From the NCBI GenBank assembly GCA_965219025.1, contig OZ244716.1:1351812-1415811 (forward strand): a stretch of DNA of 64,000 bases, written 5' to 3'. Shown here piece after piece: positions 46,845 to 57,356 of the stretch. The DNA comes from Dehalococcoidia bacterium (GTDB taxonomy: Bacteria; Chloroflexota; Dehalococcoidia; Lucifugimonadales; UBA2985). The translations under genes were made by a program, and so were the position numbers. Under the pieces are notes generated by a model. The model was not told the origin of the DNA and ran no database searches. It was given only the letters and a program-made list of their open reading frames with translations. Positions within the stretch are counted from its first letter, which is position 1. Every line of letters starts with the position of its first letter.

Positions 46845-47080
46845 AGTCGGGAGGTTGAGGGCATGATCCCGGCCTCGCTGTCCCCGGTGGCCTTGATCAT
46901 CACCATTACGCGCATAGATACAGCCCTCCCAGCGATTGCCGGCTCCATGGTAGACGACCGGGATGGCCGCGGGCAACCGGATTCCTTGACACCCCAGTTT
47001 GCGCGCTCGTATCATGGACGGCGAGACGCGATGGGGCAGAGCGTGTGTGGGAGGGTTGCTTATGCCTTGTCTGCTCGAGC

Positions 47081-47154
47081 GGGCCATTAGCTCAGGTGGT
47101 TAGAGCGCGGTCCTGATAAGACCGAGGTCCCTGGTTCGAATCCAGGATGGCCCA
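47081..47154 (+). tRNA. trnI: tRNA-Ile (anticodon GAT)
   Basis: GGGCCAT/ATGGCCC acceptor stem, CGGTC-CTGATAA-GACCG anticodon arm, TTCGAAT T-loop; CCA not encoded. Confidence 0.95.
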
Positions 47155-47228
47155 CATACCCGGATCCAGGCTTGAGAGAGATGCGAAGGAATCGCCGCTA
47201 AGGCTACCAATCCATAATCCTCACGTAG

Positions 47229-47956
47229 GTGGGCAGAGATGTAGGTAAGCTCTGCTGCCGGTTGGTCACTCATCCTTGCCGTGGTCATTGGCCTTGTTGG
47301 GTCGATGCTCACACAGGGCGGTTTCCTGATCGATCCTGTAGACTCCGCCAGCTTCGGAGAGGCTGCACGCGTCCTGGGCGACAACGGTCAGTTGGCTCAA
47401 TTCTCGACATTCCTGTTCGTAGTCAGCGTCCTGCTCTACTGGTTCGGGCTGCACAGCTTGAACCGGGCGTTCAGCGTCGGGTCCGTCATGGGCAACGTGT
47501 CCCGGTTTGCCCTGAACGTGTTTCTGGTTGGCTACGACTTTCTCGTCATTGAGCTGAGCGTCCGGCACATTCCTGACCCACGTGCTGGAGCATGGCGTCG
47601 GAGGCACGGCTGCGGAAGAACAGGCTATGGCAACCACTCTCTTTGCCGCGGCCTCGGGTGTTCACATTGCATTCCTCTACGTCACGGCCATCGGCTCGAC
47701 GATATTTGGGTTCGGCCTGGTGCGCCGGTGTGAGGGCATGAGCAACTTCAAGCTGGCGTCCATAGGGCTGACCCTCACAGGTGTGCTCAGCTTCATAGTG
47801 CTGATGGTCGCAGAACACGTGCCGGAGATAGACCTGCATGGAGTTGCCGTCGTGAGCAATATCGTGCTGTTCTTCGGCTCCTTCTGCATCCTGGCCATCG
47901 GCGTGGGAATCATGCAAGGTCGACAGGAATTCGTGGGAGAAGAAGCTGCGGCTTAG
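47229..47956 (+). pseudogene. multi-TM membrane protein with two single-base frameshifts
   Basis: Removing one base near 47253 and one near 47567 joins MGRDVGKL-AAGWSLILAVVIG...VRHI-LTHVLEHG...EEAAA into one hydrophobic ORF. Confidence 0.7.
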
Positions 47957-48127
47957 CCATCACTCCTGGCGACAAGACCAACGGAAGGTGTCCACGCCCG
48001 AGGCCCTGGACTTTCGGCACGGCGCGAGGGCGGTTCGCAATGCGGATTGCCGCTGCATACGGCCCGCAGTTGGAATTCCGTTTAGCTGGACGGATAGCAA
48101 GCCGGCAAGAGCGAGGCCCCTGGCGCG

Positions 48128-48583
48128 TTGGAAAGCACGTGGACGGCGGCCATTCACAAGGGCCGGTACGAGGTCTTCAACATCGACCTCACCGAGATTG
48201 CCAACGCCATTGCGCAACGCGACCCTAGTCTGGTCGTCCAGCTATTCCGACGCATCACCCCCGACCGGACGGCAACGCCCTTGTCGCAATTACCCTACAC
48301 CTGCGCCACGCCGTGCGAGGGTGGGACGCTGACGCTGTACCGCCAGTACTCGACGCCCAAGCTCATCAAGCATGACACCTTCCATGTCTACGGCGACCAC
48401 CTGTTTACCAACGAGGGGCAGACGTGGGAGCCTCAAACGCACACTGAGGGCCAGACGACCTTCGAGGGCAACCCGCTCAACTGGCTAGGCACCTTCAAGC
48501 GCGAGCTCATCAATGACCTCGGCGAGGAAGTGTGGGATGATATTATGGACCTCGTGGACACGCTAAGGGGGAGCAATGACTAA
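48128..48583 (+). CDS. hypothetical protein (possibly 5'-truncated)
   Basis: 151 aa, plausible composition, stop overlaps the next start; no recognisable motif. Confidence 0.45.
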   Translation: MESTWTAAIHKGRYEVFNIDLTEIANAIAQRDPSLVVQLFRRITPDRTATPLSQLPYTCATPCEGGTLTLYRQYSTPKLIKHDTFHVYGDHLFTNEGQTWEPQTHTEGQTTFEGNPLNWLGTFKRELINDLGEEVWDDIMDLVDTLRGSND

Positions 48584-49292
48584 GCGCCAAGCACTCGCCA
48601 TCACCACGACGCTGGGCGTCATCATCCTGGCCGTGACCCTGCGGGCGCTCTTCACGGCGGACACGGCGGACGTGAACGCACAGGTGGTCACCGACGCCTG
48701 CACCAAGACGACCCAGGCCACGCACATTGACCTCAGCATCTCCCACGTCGGCAAGTACCTCGCCGGAGAGGGCACTGACTCGGCAGGGGAAGTCAAGGCG
48801 CGCATTGCCGGGGCGGACTTCCACTACAGCGGGCACGTCACTGGGGATCCCCATCTCCCCTACAATACCTTCGAGGCAGTCTACCTCGATGGCGTAGGCT
48901 ACTCGCAGGTTGACAATGGCCCCTGGGCAGTCACGCGCGAGGTGGACCAGGAGGTCCTCGCCCGGCTACTGCAACTCCAGCCCGCGGCCGACGGCAGTTG
49001 GGACTTGTGTCCGCAGGTCACCAACATCGAGAAGGTGGGACCGGAGACGCTCGACGGCGTGGCGACGACGCACTACACGTCCTTGTCGGAGCAGACCACC
49101 AAGATGGGGAAGACGGACGTGGTCTTCAACCTCGCCCTGGACTACTGGCTCGACGAGGAGGGGCTGCTCGTGCAACTCCAATTCGACGTGATACACCGCC
49201 AAGGCGAGTACGAGACCCTCAACCGCACCACCACCAAGGTCTCCGGCGTCGGCGAGGTCAACACCATCACGGCGCCGACGTTGGGGCAGTAG
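48576..49292 (+). CDS. membrane-anchored LppX/LprAFG-like protein
   Basis: N-terminal TM; beta-rich pattern EAVYLDGVGY...GPETLDGVATTHY...DYWLDEEG. Confidence 0.6.
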   Translation: MTKRQALAITTTLGVIILAVTLRALFTADTADVNAQVVTDACTKTTQATHIDLSISHVGKYLAGEGTDSAGEVKARIAGADFHYSGHVTGDPHLPYNTFEAVYLDGVGYSQVDNGPWAVTREVDQEVLARLLQLQPAADGSWDLCPQVTNIEKVGPETLDGVATTHYTSLSEQTTKMGKTDVVFNLALDYWLDEEGLLVQLQFDVIHRQGEYETLNRTTTKVSGVGEVNTITAPTLGQ

Positions 49293-49618
49293 TCTCATGG
49301 CTGGCGCATCTGCAAAGCCCTGCGGTGCTGCCGTCGACGCGGCGCTTCGACAAGCTGCCGGTCTGGAAGGTGCTGCTGTTTACCAATCCGCTATTCATCG
49401 CGCTGTTTCGCCGCTGGAAGGCGGCGTGGCCGGACTGGTACGAGAGACCGGTTCGGTAGTTCGCGATCCTCGCCCTTCTACGCCCAGCGCACCGGGTGCG
49501 AGTGTTAGCGGAGTTGTAATGGTTCGGCCCGCTCCCTGCTCGGAATCGTGTTACGATTAAAGCGACAGCCGGCGAAGGAACTTCGTCGCAGGTGCGGTGG
49601 AAAGGAAGGTGACCGATC

Positions 49619-50923
49619 TTGAAGAAGATACTCTATATGGCAGCAGTCCTGTCTGTCGTGGTTGTGGCGCTGGCAGCCTGCGAAAGCGAACCTGACCCGA
49701 CATCGACCATCGTGCCTCCTACTCCCACCCCAACGGCCGCGCCCACGAGCACGGCCACGGCCGCGCCTACGAGCACGGCCACGGCCGCGCCTACGAGCAC
49801 GGCCACGGCCGTTCCGACACTTGTTCCCACGGCCACCCCGGCCCCAACTCCTACCCCCACGCCGACCCCTGAGCCCACAACCGCACTCAGTCCGGACACT
49901 GAGGTCAGCGGCGGGGAGACCCTCTCCGATGGGGATTGCCCAACCGACGGCTCCCTGGACAGCGCCGTAGCGGTCGCATCTTGCAGCGCGGCGGCGTTGG
50001 AGGACGTCAGGAGCTTCTCCTTTGAAGGAGTGATCGACCTGCTCGCGCTCTTCCCGTTGGGAGAGAGCGATGGCGGCGAAGCCGCTATGCGGCTGAGCGG
50101 CGCCATGATCAGACCGGACAGACTCCGCTACCGGATAGACATAGGCCCCGAGGAGGAGATGGCTTCGATCACAGGGGTGCAGATCGGCATGGACATCTAT
50201 GTCCAGGACCCGGATTCCGGCCTGTGGTTTAAGGGCGCTCCAGCAGACTCAGATTCGCTAGGAGCCCTGCAGCTGGTTGGCATGTTCTCGCTGCCAGGCG
50301 ATGCCGGCGCGTCCCTTCACGGTATTGCGGATCTTGACGACGGCGCCTCGGCGTACCGCCTGGTTTCGAGCCGGCCCCCACTCGGAAGCGAGGCCCTGTT
50401 CCTTTCCGGCACGGGGACCTCCATGACCGTTCTGGTGGGCGTGGCTGACTTCCTGACCAGGGAGGTCCGGATTTCCACGGAGACCGCGGACGGCGAGGCC
50501 AGGGACTTCATAGCGATCAGCTACCACGGCTACAACGAGGCTTTGGAAATCGAGGCACCCGCCAACTTTGTGGAACTGCCCGAAATTACGACGGATGTAG
50601 GGGTTCCGGGGCCGCCGATGGTGGTCAGCCTGATACGCAACGACGACAGCGACGTGGAGGTCATGTTCAACGAGCCCGTATTCGTCGAAGGGAGCGTTGA
50701 GCTCTACGTCCTGGAACCCTCCACGGGGGGCTGGGGGCTTCCGCTGCTCGGCGGGAGCGGCACCGATACCCTCACCTTCGACGCGGACGCAGAGGGCAGA
50801 CCCACGCTGGTTCTGGGTGAGAGCCAGATCGCCGGCTTCACCTTCCCCGACTTCGATTCCAACCTCGTGGACGCCGAGGGCACGCGTGCGAATCTCAACT
50901 TCGACGTCTGGACGTACGAGTAG
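49619..50923 (+). CDS. lipoprotein with Pro/Thr/Ala linker and LppX-like domain
   Basis: Lipobox LAAC, PT-rich linker, SFSFEG...RPDRLRY...IGMDIYVQD. Confidence 0.7.
   Translation: MKKILYMAAVLSVVVVALAACESEPDPTSTIVPPTPTPTAAPTSTATAAPTSTATAAPTSTATAVPTLVPTATPAPTPTPTPTPEPTTALSPDTEVSGGETLSDGDCPTDGSLDSAVAVASCSAAALEDVRSFSFEGVIDLLALFPLGESDGGEAAMRLSGAMIRPDRLRYRIDIGPEEEMASITGVQIGMDIYVQDPDSGLWFKGAPADSDSLGALQLVGMFSLPGDAGASLHGIADLDDGASAYRLVSSRPPLGSEALFLSGTGTSMTVLVGVADFLTREVRISTETADGEARDFIAISYHGYNEALEIEAPANFVELPEITTDVGVPGPPMVVSLIRNDDSDVEVMFNEPVFVEGSVELYVLEPSTGGWGLPLLGGSGTDTLTFDADAEGRPTLVLGESQIAGFTFPDFDSNLVDAEGTRANLNFDVWTYE
49733..49804 (+). repeat. 24-bp tandem repeat x3 encoding TAAPTSTA
   Basis: ACGGCCGCGCC(C/T)ACGAGCACGGCC three times, inside the lipoprotein linker. 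Confidence 0.9.
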
Positions 50924-50945
50924 ACGCTCGCGCATTGCAGCGCTC

Positions 50946-51467
50946 ATGAGTCGGTTGTGGCTGCCTCCCGTCATGACGCTGGCGCTCCTGTCCGCGTGGG
51001 GGTGCGATTCCCCGTCTCCTTCCGAGCCGGTTGCAGGTGAGGATGCTGTAAGGATCAAGGCAGAGCTGGAAGGCCGTTCCTTCCGGCAATTTGAGCCGTC
51101 CAGGGACGGGGACCCGAGGAAGGGCGTCATCCTGGACTTCTTCGGCCCCATCGCCATCTGGGCCCAGAACGCCGAGGGCGAGTGGGCAGTCAACGAATGG
51201 GAGATCTTCGCCGACGACTACCGGATCGAGGGGTACGCCGACGGCTCGTAGGTCACCATATATCTCGAACAGCCGAGGTCGCAGCAAACTATTCCCACCG
51301 AATGCGACGACTGCATTCCAACCGACAACGTGTCGCTCTCGGTCAGGAACGTCTTTGACAGCGAGAGCATATCGTTCAAGCTGAACGATCCCGACGGCAA
51401 CCTGCCCCTGCCGTTTCCGGTATTCCACTCATGGACGACGTTCTCCGAGGACGAGTATTTCGAGTGA
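50946..51467 (+). pseudogene. lipoprotein interrupted by an in-frame TAG
   Basis: Lipobox SAWGC; TAG at 51249-51251; the frame continues VTIYLEQPRS...FSEDEYFE to TGA 51467. Confidence 0.7.
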
Positions 51468-51666
51468 ACCTCGGCAGACCTGGAATCCACACGCAGTGGT
51501 CCGGCGCGCCGGTGACTTGGGGAGGAAGCCCGGTTGGTGACCGCTGCAGTGCCGCGGCCGGGGTATTCCCTTTGAGTCACCGGGGCGGCGTGTTGCCTAC
51601 AGAGGCGTCCGAGACTATACTGAATATGCCGAAATCAGAGCGCTCCTTCACGAAAGGTTGCACGCC

Positions 51667-52014
51667 ATGATGGTCGAGTTCGTCGGGTTCAGAGGTCCAG
51701 CGTGTCTGCTTCAGGCAAGTGGACGCGTCAACGTCCTCAACGCGAACGTGTTTGAAGCCCATGCCATGAGCGCGATGGCGGGCACGGACTGTGACGTCAT
51801 CATTGACGCCTCCCGGGTGACCTACCTCAGTACATCCGGCCTGCGGGTGTTCCTGCACGTCTGGCAGGAGTTGCAGAAGAGGAACCGCAACCTCTACGTA
51901 TGTTCGCTCCAGCCGTATATTCGGTACGTTTTCGAGATAATCGGATTTGACAAGCTCATAGCCCTACAGGCGGACATCGACTCCGCCCTTGAGGCCTCCG
52001 AGAGCGGGGCGTAG
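51667..52014 (+). CDS. STAS domain anti-sigma factor antagonist
   Basis: ASGRVNVLNA, IIDASRVTYLSTSGLRVF, VFEIIGFDKL. Confidence 0.85.
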   Translation: MMVEFVGFRGPACLLQASGRVNVLNANVFEAHAMSAMAGTDCDVIIDASRVTYLSTSGLRVFLHVWQELQKRNRNLYVCSLQPYIRYVFEIIGFDKLIALQADIDSALEASESGA

Positions 52015-52066
52015 AGGCTCTTACGCCGGGGTGTTGAAGGTTGGAGCCCGGCCGCCGATTCAGATC

Positions 52067-53911
52067 TCAATCGCCCGTATCAGAACGTTCGTCGTCGCCG
52101 AGGAACGCCTGGCCGAACATGGGGTTGAGAATCCTGTGGACGCGGAAGGTCGCCGCAACGAGCAGCGCAACAATTCCCGCGATGATCAGAAGCGACAGCG
52201 GCGCGCTAAAGCTCCCCAGGGCCAGCAGCCTTGAGACCATCGGTAAGCTCCAGATGCCCGGCACTGCCAGCAGCGGGATGAGTGCGGTGTCGCGGAACGC
52301 CATTCGCAGATTGCCGCGCGTCCAGTTGTCCGCAACCCCCAGGTAGCCGGGCAGTCTGAACGCCACCAGCGTATCGGCGAGGTTTCGCAGCGCCCTCCAA
52401 ATTGCGAGTCCCGGCGGAATGCAGAAGGCCAGCACGGCGCTTCCTATCAGGAGTCCCAGCATGCTCTCACTCAGGCGGACCATGGAGGACAGCTGGCCGG
52501 TCAGATTCAGGAGTCCTGTGCCAAGCGCCAGGAATATCCCCACAATGCCCAGGTCCAGCATGATGAACCTGGTGCTCCGCTGGATCACCCTGGCCCTGGG
52601 ACCGCTGAACCGGAAGGCGCCGCGATGCGTGGCAAGCAGAAGGACCAGTTCCTTGGCGTATTGCCTCAGGAACCGCGGCGACCACCGCTGCAGCAAGTTG
52701 GAGACGGAGTCTGTGGCGCGGAAGAGGATGGGATAGGCCAGCGCCGTAATGGCCGTGGCTCCCGCGACCACTGGAAACATGAAGCTCCCCACCGCGCCGA
52801 AACCGGCCCCAGTCTTGACCATTGCAAGCGAGAACTCGCCCATCTGAGGCATGCCAAGCCCCACGCTGAGCGATACCCGCTCGCTCTCCCCGGATATGAA
52901 CGTCCCCAGCGTGTCCGCGACCACCTTCCCAACCACGAAAACTGCGGATACCAGAAGGATCGGGATGATGAAGTCGTCCGCCAGCGAGAGGTCTATCAGC
53001 ATGCCCGTGGAGACGAAGAAGAGCGAGGCGAACAGCGTACGTACCGGGCCCATGGCACGGCCGATTTGCTCCGCGTGCTGGGAGTCGCCAAGGACGGCGC
53101 CGATGAGGAACGCACCGGCCGCGCCGGAAAGCCCCACCTGCTCGGCTGCCAGCGCAAGCCCAAAGCACAGGGTCAGCCCCGCTATCAGCAGGGTTTCCTC
53201 CGACTGGAAGCGGTCCACGAAGCTGACAAGCTTGTTGGCAAAGGCTGCGCCCAGGACAAGGGCAAGGACTGCGAAGGCTGCTAGCTTCACCACCACCGGC
53301 CCTATGCCGGCGATGTCGGCCTGCCCCGTGCTGGCTATTCCCGCAAGGACCGAGAGCAGGACAACGGCCGCGAAGTCCTCCACCACCAGGATCCCGACTA
53401 TCAGCCGTCCTCGAGTCTCCAGCAGCTGTCCCGACTCCCGCAGCATGGTCATCAGAATCGCGGAGCTGCTGATGCTCATGGCCGACCCCAGGAACACTGC
53501 CTCTATGTCGGTCCACCCCATGAGCTGCCCTATCTGGAATCCCAGGGTGAACATGACCGCCATCTCCACGGAGGCTATTAGCACGACCCTTGCTCCGACC
53601 TCGCGGATGCGCCGCCAGCCGCACTCCAGGCCAATGCCGAAGAGGAGCAGCACCAGGCCAAGCTCCGCAAGCAGCCCTATGGTCTCCTCGTTTTGCACGG
53701 CCCCCAGAACCGACGGGCCGATGAGCACGCCCGCGCCCAGATAGCCGAGGATGGGGGGCATCTTCAACATGCGGAGCAGCAACATGGCCGCTCCTCCGCA
53801 CGCCGTGATGACCGCGAAGTCGCGCAGGAGGTGGGGCTCACCCGCGACGGTGGCCGCTGAAAGGCTGAAGAATGCGCTATCGATCATGTCAAGCGACTTG
53901 GGGCGAGCCAC
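52067..53911 (-). CDS. CPA2 family cation:proton antiporter (KefB/KefC-like)
   Basis: PPILGYLGAGVLIGP, LLLFGIGLE, GILVVEDF, GAFLIGAVL, QMGEFS. Confidence 0.88.
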   Translation of the reverse strand: MARPKSLDMIDSAFFSLSAATVAGEPHLLRDFAVITACGGAAMLLLRMLKMPPILGYLGAGVLIGPSVLGAVQNEETIGLLAELGLVLLLFGIGLECGWRRIREVGARVVLIASVEMAVMFTLGFQIGQLMGWTDIEAVFLGSAMSISSSAILMTMLRESGQLLETRGRLIVGILVVEDFAAVVLLSVLAGIASTGQADIAGIGPVVVKLAAFAVLALVLGAAFANKLVSFVDRFQSEETLLIAGLTLCFGLALAAEQVGLSGAAGAFLIGAVLGDSQHAEQIGRAMGPVRTLFASLFFVSTGMLIDLSLADDFIIPILLVSAVFVVGKVVADTLGTFISGESERVSLSVGLGMPQMGEFSLAMVKTGAGFGAVGSFMFPVVAGATAITALAYPILFRATDSVSNLLQRWSPRFLRQYAKELVLLLATHRGAFRFSGPRARVIQRSTRFIMLDLGIVGIFLALGTGLLNLTGQLSSMVRLSESMLGLLIGSAVLAFCIPPGLAIWRALRNLADTLVAFRLPGYLGVADNWTRGNLRMAFRDTALIPLLAVPGIWSLPMVSRLLALGSFSAPLSLLIIAGIVALLVAATFRVHRILNPMFGQAFLGDDERSDTGD

Positions 53912-54715
53912 CTACGGGCGCCGGCGGTGGAAGCGAAGCCAGGCGGAGTACGCCTCTGGGTAGAGTTGTCAGTTGCTCAGTCGGGAGGTTGGAATCCGGC
54001 AGGTTGCGCCGGCCATCGGCGTCATGTCGGTCGTGAGATTGGGGCGTACTCCCGCAATTTGGCGGCGTGGCAGGGATCGGGCCGGAGTCCTCACTCGTGC
54101 GGGGCCATCAACCCTTGTTGTCCGCTGAGACTCTCTACGTGAATTGACTCCAGTTCGTCTGCAGGCTCGAATCCGAAGACGCTTGAGTGAAAGCGGAACC
54201 GGGCTGAGGGGCGCTTCATGTTGGTCAACGCCTCGCTAAGTCCGTGGCGCTCGTTTTCACACGCAGGGTAGGCGGCTGAGATGCGTTCCTCCTTCAGCGC
54301 TCTGGTGGCGGCGCGAGTACCGGCGTTCGGCGAAACGTGAAAGGGCAATGTGTCGCGGGAAGCGAAAACGGGACGTTCCATGGTCTGCGTGGTATAGAAT
54401 AGACGGCCGGTGCGCAACAATGAGGTCTAAGTTCAGATTATCACAGTTCAACCCTCCCCGCTATGGACAGGCGGGGAAGGATCGAACTTTACTCGCGGCG
54501 TGCCCACTTTCGCACTGTCTGCGGGGATGGGCCTCTCAGCTTCCAAGCGCGCCCGTTGCCGGCCTGCTCGCTGAACTCGCGACCGGAGGCTCGGCCAATC
54601 GCCGGCTCCGTTCCGCTAGACCCGGATCTTGGCGGATAGTATCATCGCAGAACGCGCGGGCGCCAGCGATCCGGGAATCCTGCGCCGCGGGTGAGAGGCG
54701 AATGGAGGCGCATTC

Positions 54716-55129
54716 ATGTGGAAGGTGATACTGGGTTGCGTGGCCCTGGCGGCCGTAACAGCTTCCTGTACCGGTTCGGACGCGCCTGCATGTCCGGACG
54801 GGACCGAGCACTATGTCGAGTACCGGCTGTTCATGGGCCGCGGTGGCGACTCCGGCGAGGTCGTGGATGACGCCGCGTGGGAGGCCTTCCTATCCGATAC
54901 GGTTACGCCGCGCTTCCCGGACGGCCTCACCGTGCTGGATGCGCGCGGTCAGTGGCGCGGATCGAGTGGGGCGATTCAGTCGGAACGCTCCAAGGTGTTG
55001 TTGGTTCTCGCGCCGCCCGGAGGTGCCGCGCCGCGCCTCATCGCCGAGATCGCGGACGAGTACATCCGCACATTTCAGCAGGAGTCCGTGCTCCGGGTCA
55101 TCGGAGACGCCTGCGCGTCGTTTTCCTGA
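54716..55129 (+). CDS. DUF3574 family lipoprotein
   Basis: Lipobox TASC; RLFMGR, WEAFLSDTVTPRFPDGLTVLDARGQWR, FQQESVL. Confidence 0.85.
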   Translation: MWKVILGCVALAAVTASCTGSDAPACPDGTEHYVEYRLFMGRGGDSGEVVDDAAWEAFLSDTVTPRFPDGLTVLDARGQWRGSSGAIQSERSKVLLVLAPPGGAAPRLIAEIADEYIRTFQQESVLRVIGDACASFS

Positions 55130-55196
55130 CGACGAGACCTGGGACCCGTTCGCGCTGTCCAGGTTGTACCACAGCGCCATCTGCTAGAATGCTGTC

Positions 55197-55940
55197 ATGC
55201 CCAGCTACGGGATCACTCTCCTCTCCGGTGGACTCGACTCCACAACGGTCGCGGCCTACGCGAAGGGCCGCGTCGATCACCTGACGGCGGTCACGTTCAA
55301 CTACGGCCAGACACACGCCAGGGAGGTCGAGTGCGCGGCGAGCATAGCCGGCATCCTGGGCATCGAGCACAGGCTGCTGGACATCTCCTTCCTCTCCGAG
55401 GTCGCCTGGTACTCAGCGCTCACCAGCCCGGAGCGGTTCCATGTGCCGTCGGATCGGCCCGGCGAGGACATTGGCCACGGCATCCCGATAACCTACGTGC
55501 CAATGCGCAACACGATCTTCCTGTCGCTTGCCGCCGCCTACCTGGAGAGCCGCGTTCTGAACGCCATCGAGGTTGAGGAGGTCGGAGCCGCGGACGTGGC
55601 GGCCTGCGTGTACATGGCGCCGAACGTGCTCGACTACAGCGGCTACCCGGACTGCCGCCCCGAGTTCTACGAGAGCATGAGGCGTACGCTGGAGCTGGGC
55701 AGCAAGCTCTGGACTGAGTACGGGGTGCCCATCAATGTCGAGACGCCGATCATTGACATGGCGAAGGCGGAGATAGTTGCGCTAGCAACCCGGCTCGGAG
55801 CGCCGCTGGAGCACACCTGGAGCTGCTACAGGGGAGGCGACGTGCCATGCGGCTCGTGCGACAGTTGCGTCCTGCGCGCGAAGGGGTTCGCGGAAGCGGG
55901 CGTTCCCGATCCGCTGCTCGTCAGACTTGGCCGAGCCTGA
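55197..55940 (+). CDS. queC: 7-cyano-7-deazaguanine synthase
   Basis: LLSGGLDSTT, TYVPMRNTIFLS, YPDCRPEF, TWSCY...CGSCDSC; extended -10 TGCTAGAAT 6 nt upstream. Confidence 0.93.
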   Translation: MPSYGITLLSGGLDSTTVAAYAKGRVDHLTAVTFNYGQTHAREVECAASIAGILGIEHRLLDISFLSEVAWYSALTSPERFHVPSDRPGEDIGHGIPITYVPMRNTIFLSLAAAYLESRVLNAIEVEEVGAADVAACVYMAPNVLDYSGYPDCRPEFYESMRRTLELGSKLWTEYGVPINVETPIIDMAKAEIVALATRLGAPLEHTWSCYRGGDVPCGSCDSCVLRAKGFAEAGVPDPLLVRLGRA

Positions 55941-56067
55941 ATCCGCTTCGAAAGGGCTGGGCAACCGGGAGTGTGGCCGGAGCCGGGCGCATACTGCGCC
56001 CGGCTCCTAACGCACCGGTCTTCGCTCTCACCTGAGCTGTGGCTCGGTTGCCGCGAGCGGGCTGGTC

Positions 56068-57078
56068 CTAGCCCTCCGGCCAGCCGTCCGGAATTCTGTT
56101 CTCCGCCAGTGCCTCGCTGATGGCGGCGTCTGCGTCGCTGGTGACCCAGGTGCTCCAGATGCCGGGGTTCTGCTTCAGCCACCAAAGTGCGGAGTCGTTG
56201 ATGCTGGCGTCTTCGTTTTCAAATCGCCATACCCCAACTTCCAGGTAGCGCTCGATGTTCATGTCCCAAGCCCGCAGCATGTCGACTACTTCAGGGGCTC
56301 TATCTATGAGATCCTGACGCACCGCTACAATTATGTTGGCGGGGCCGTAGCCGCAGGCTTTGGTTGTGGCCCAGCATTCCTCGCTGTACGGAGGCTCTTC
56401 CAGCCGGACTAGGCCAAGCTCTACGGTGGGATCGTTGGAGCCCCACTGGTAGCCAAGCCAGGGCTCCCGCTTCTCATAAGCGCCGTACAGGTCGGCGTTG
56501 GCCGCCGCGCCGTCCCCGGGGTTCAGTAGGTGCACGTGGTCGGACAGCCCGTACGATTCGATCTGCTGGGCGTTGACCTCCTCGCACGCCCAGCCGATGA
56601 TGCAGGACACCAGGCGCGCCTTGCCGCCCGTCTCCGCAGTTGCGAACAGCTCCTTGAACCGGTCCTCCTTGAGGTCCTCGATGCTGTCCAAGTCGGGGTA
56701 CTGCTCCTGGAGATAGGCCGGGATGACGAAGGCAGACTGCCAGTCTTCCCCCAGGCTCTCCCCTATGGGAACCACCTCACCGTTGTCCACTGCCTCCGTC
56801 CATGCTTCTTCCTGGTTGGGGAGCCAGATCTCCATTGTCACATGGGTGTCGCCGTTGCGAAGGCCTTGGAGTAAGGGAAGCGTGGCACCAAATACGACCT
56901 CCGTTGTATAGCCGTAGCCCTCCTCCACGATGTACTGCGCGATCCTGTTCTGAAACTGGGCGCTGGTCCAGTTGAGATCACTGAAGATGATGGGATCCTT
57001 TTCTTCTGCACATGCCAGCGTGGCCAGTCCGACCAGCAACGCCGCCATCAGTGCAAACACCCTTGTTTTGGTTCTCAT
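56068..57078 (-). CDS. proX: glycine betaine/proline ABC transporter substrate-binding lipoprotein
   Basis: Lipobox TLAC, LNWTSA, MEIWLPN, CIIGWACE. Confidence 0.82.
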   Translation of the reverse strand: MRTKTRVFALMAALLVGLATLACAEEKDPIIFSDLNWTSAQFQNRIAQYIVEEGYGYTTEVVFGATLPLLQGLRNGDTHVTMEIWLPNQEEAWTEAVDNGEVVPIGESLGEDWQSAFVIPAYLQEQYPDLDSIEDLKEDRFKELFATAETGGKARLVSCIIGWACEEVNAQQIESYGLSDHVHLLNPGDGAAANADLYGAYEKREPWLGYQWGSNDPTVELGLVRLEEPPYSEECWATTKACGYGPANIIVAVRQDLIDRAPEVVDMLRAWDMNIERYLEVGVWRFENEDASINDSALWWLKQNPGIWSTWVTSDADAAISEALAENRIPDGWPEG

Positions 57079-57356
57079 TGCTGCTCACCTCCACTCGTTC
57101 AACATTCGTGCCGCGTCCAAGGCAACTGGTGTGCCCATGTTACCACCGATGTGGACTCGATTCTAGCCGCAATCCTTATCCGGCAGTGTGCTGTTCAAAC
57201 GGAATGTGATGCTCAGTGGGTCGCCTGGAAGTGAAGAATGCCCGACCGTGAAATAGTGAGGGACGGACTGTTCCTGGATAGGCGGACTCGTACATTAAGA
57301 AAGGTGATTTGTGGTACAACTATAGGGTAATGCGCGACACGGCCGGGTGGGAGAGG

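Noticed and set aside
49325-49459. Short ORF VLPSTRRFDKLPVWKVLLFTNPLF...
   Set aside because: Looks like a gene fragment, with no RBS and no assignable family
42174-51467. Genome-wide amber recoding
   Set aside because: Many clearly intact genes (coaE, cbbQ, rpsT, gatB) terminate at TAG
53930-54715. ORFs 54091-54420 and 54348-54728 in the gap between the antiporter and DUF3574 genes
   Set aside because: No motifs, weak starts and mutual overlap; no structured RNA could be recognised by eye
55197-55940. queC as part of a DNA 7-deazaguanine modification (dpd) or Qat defence system
   Set aside because: No dpdA/tgt-like, ATPase or TatD neighbours; the sequence looks like canonical QueC
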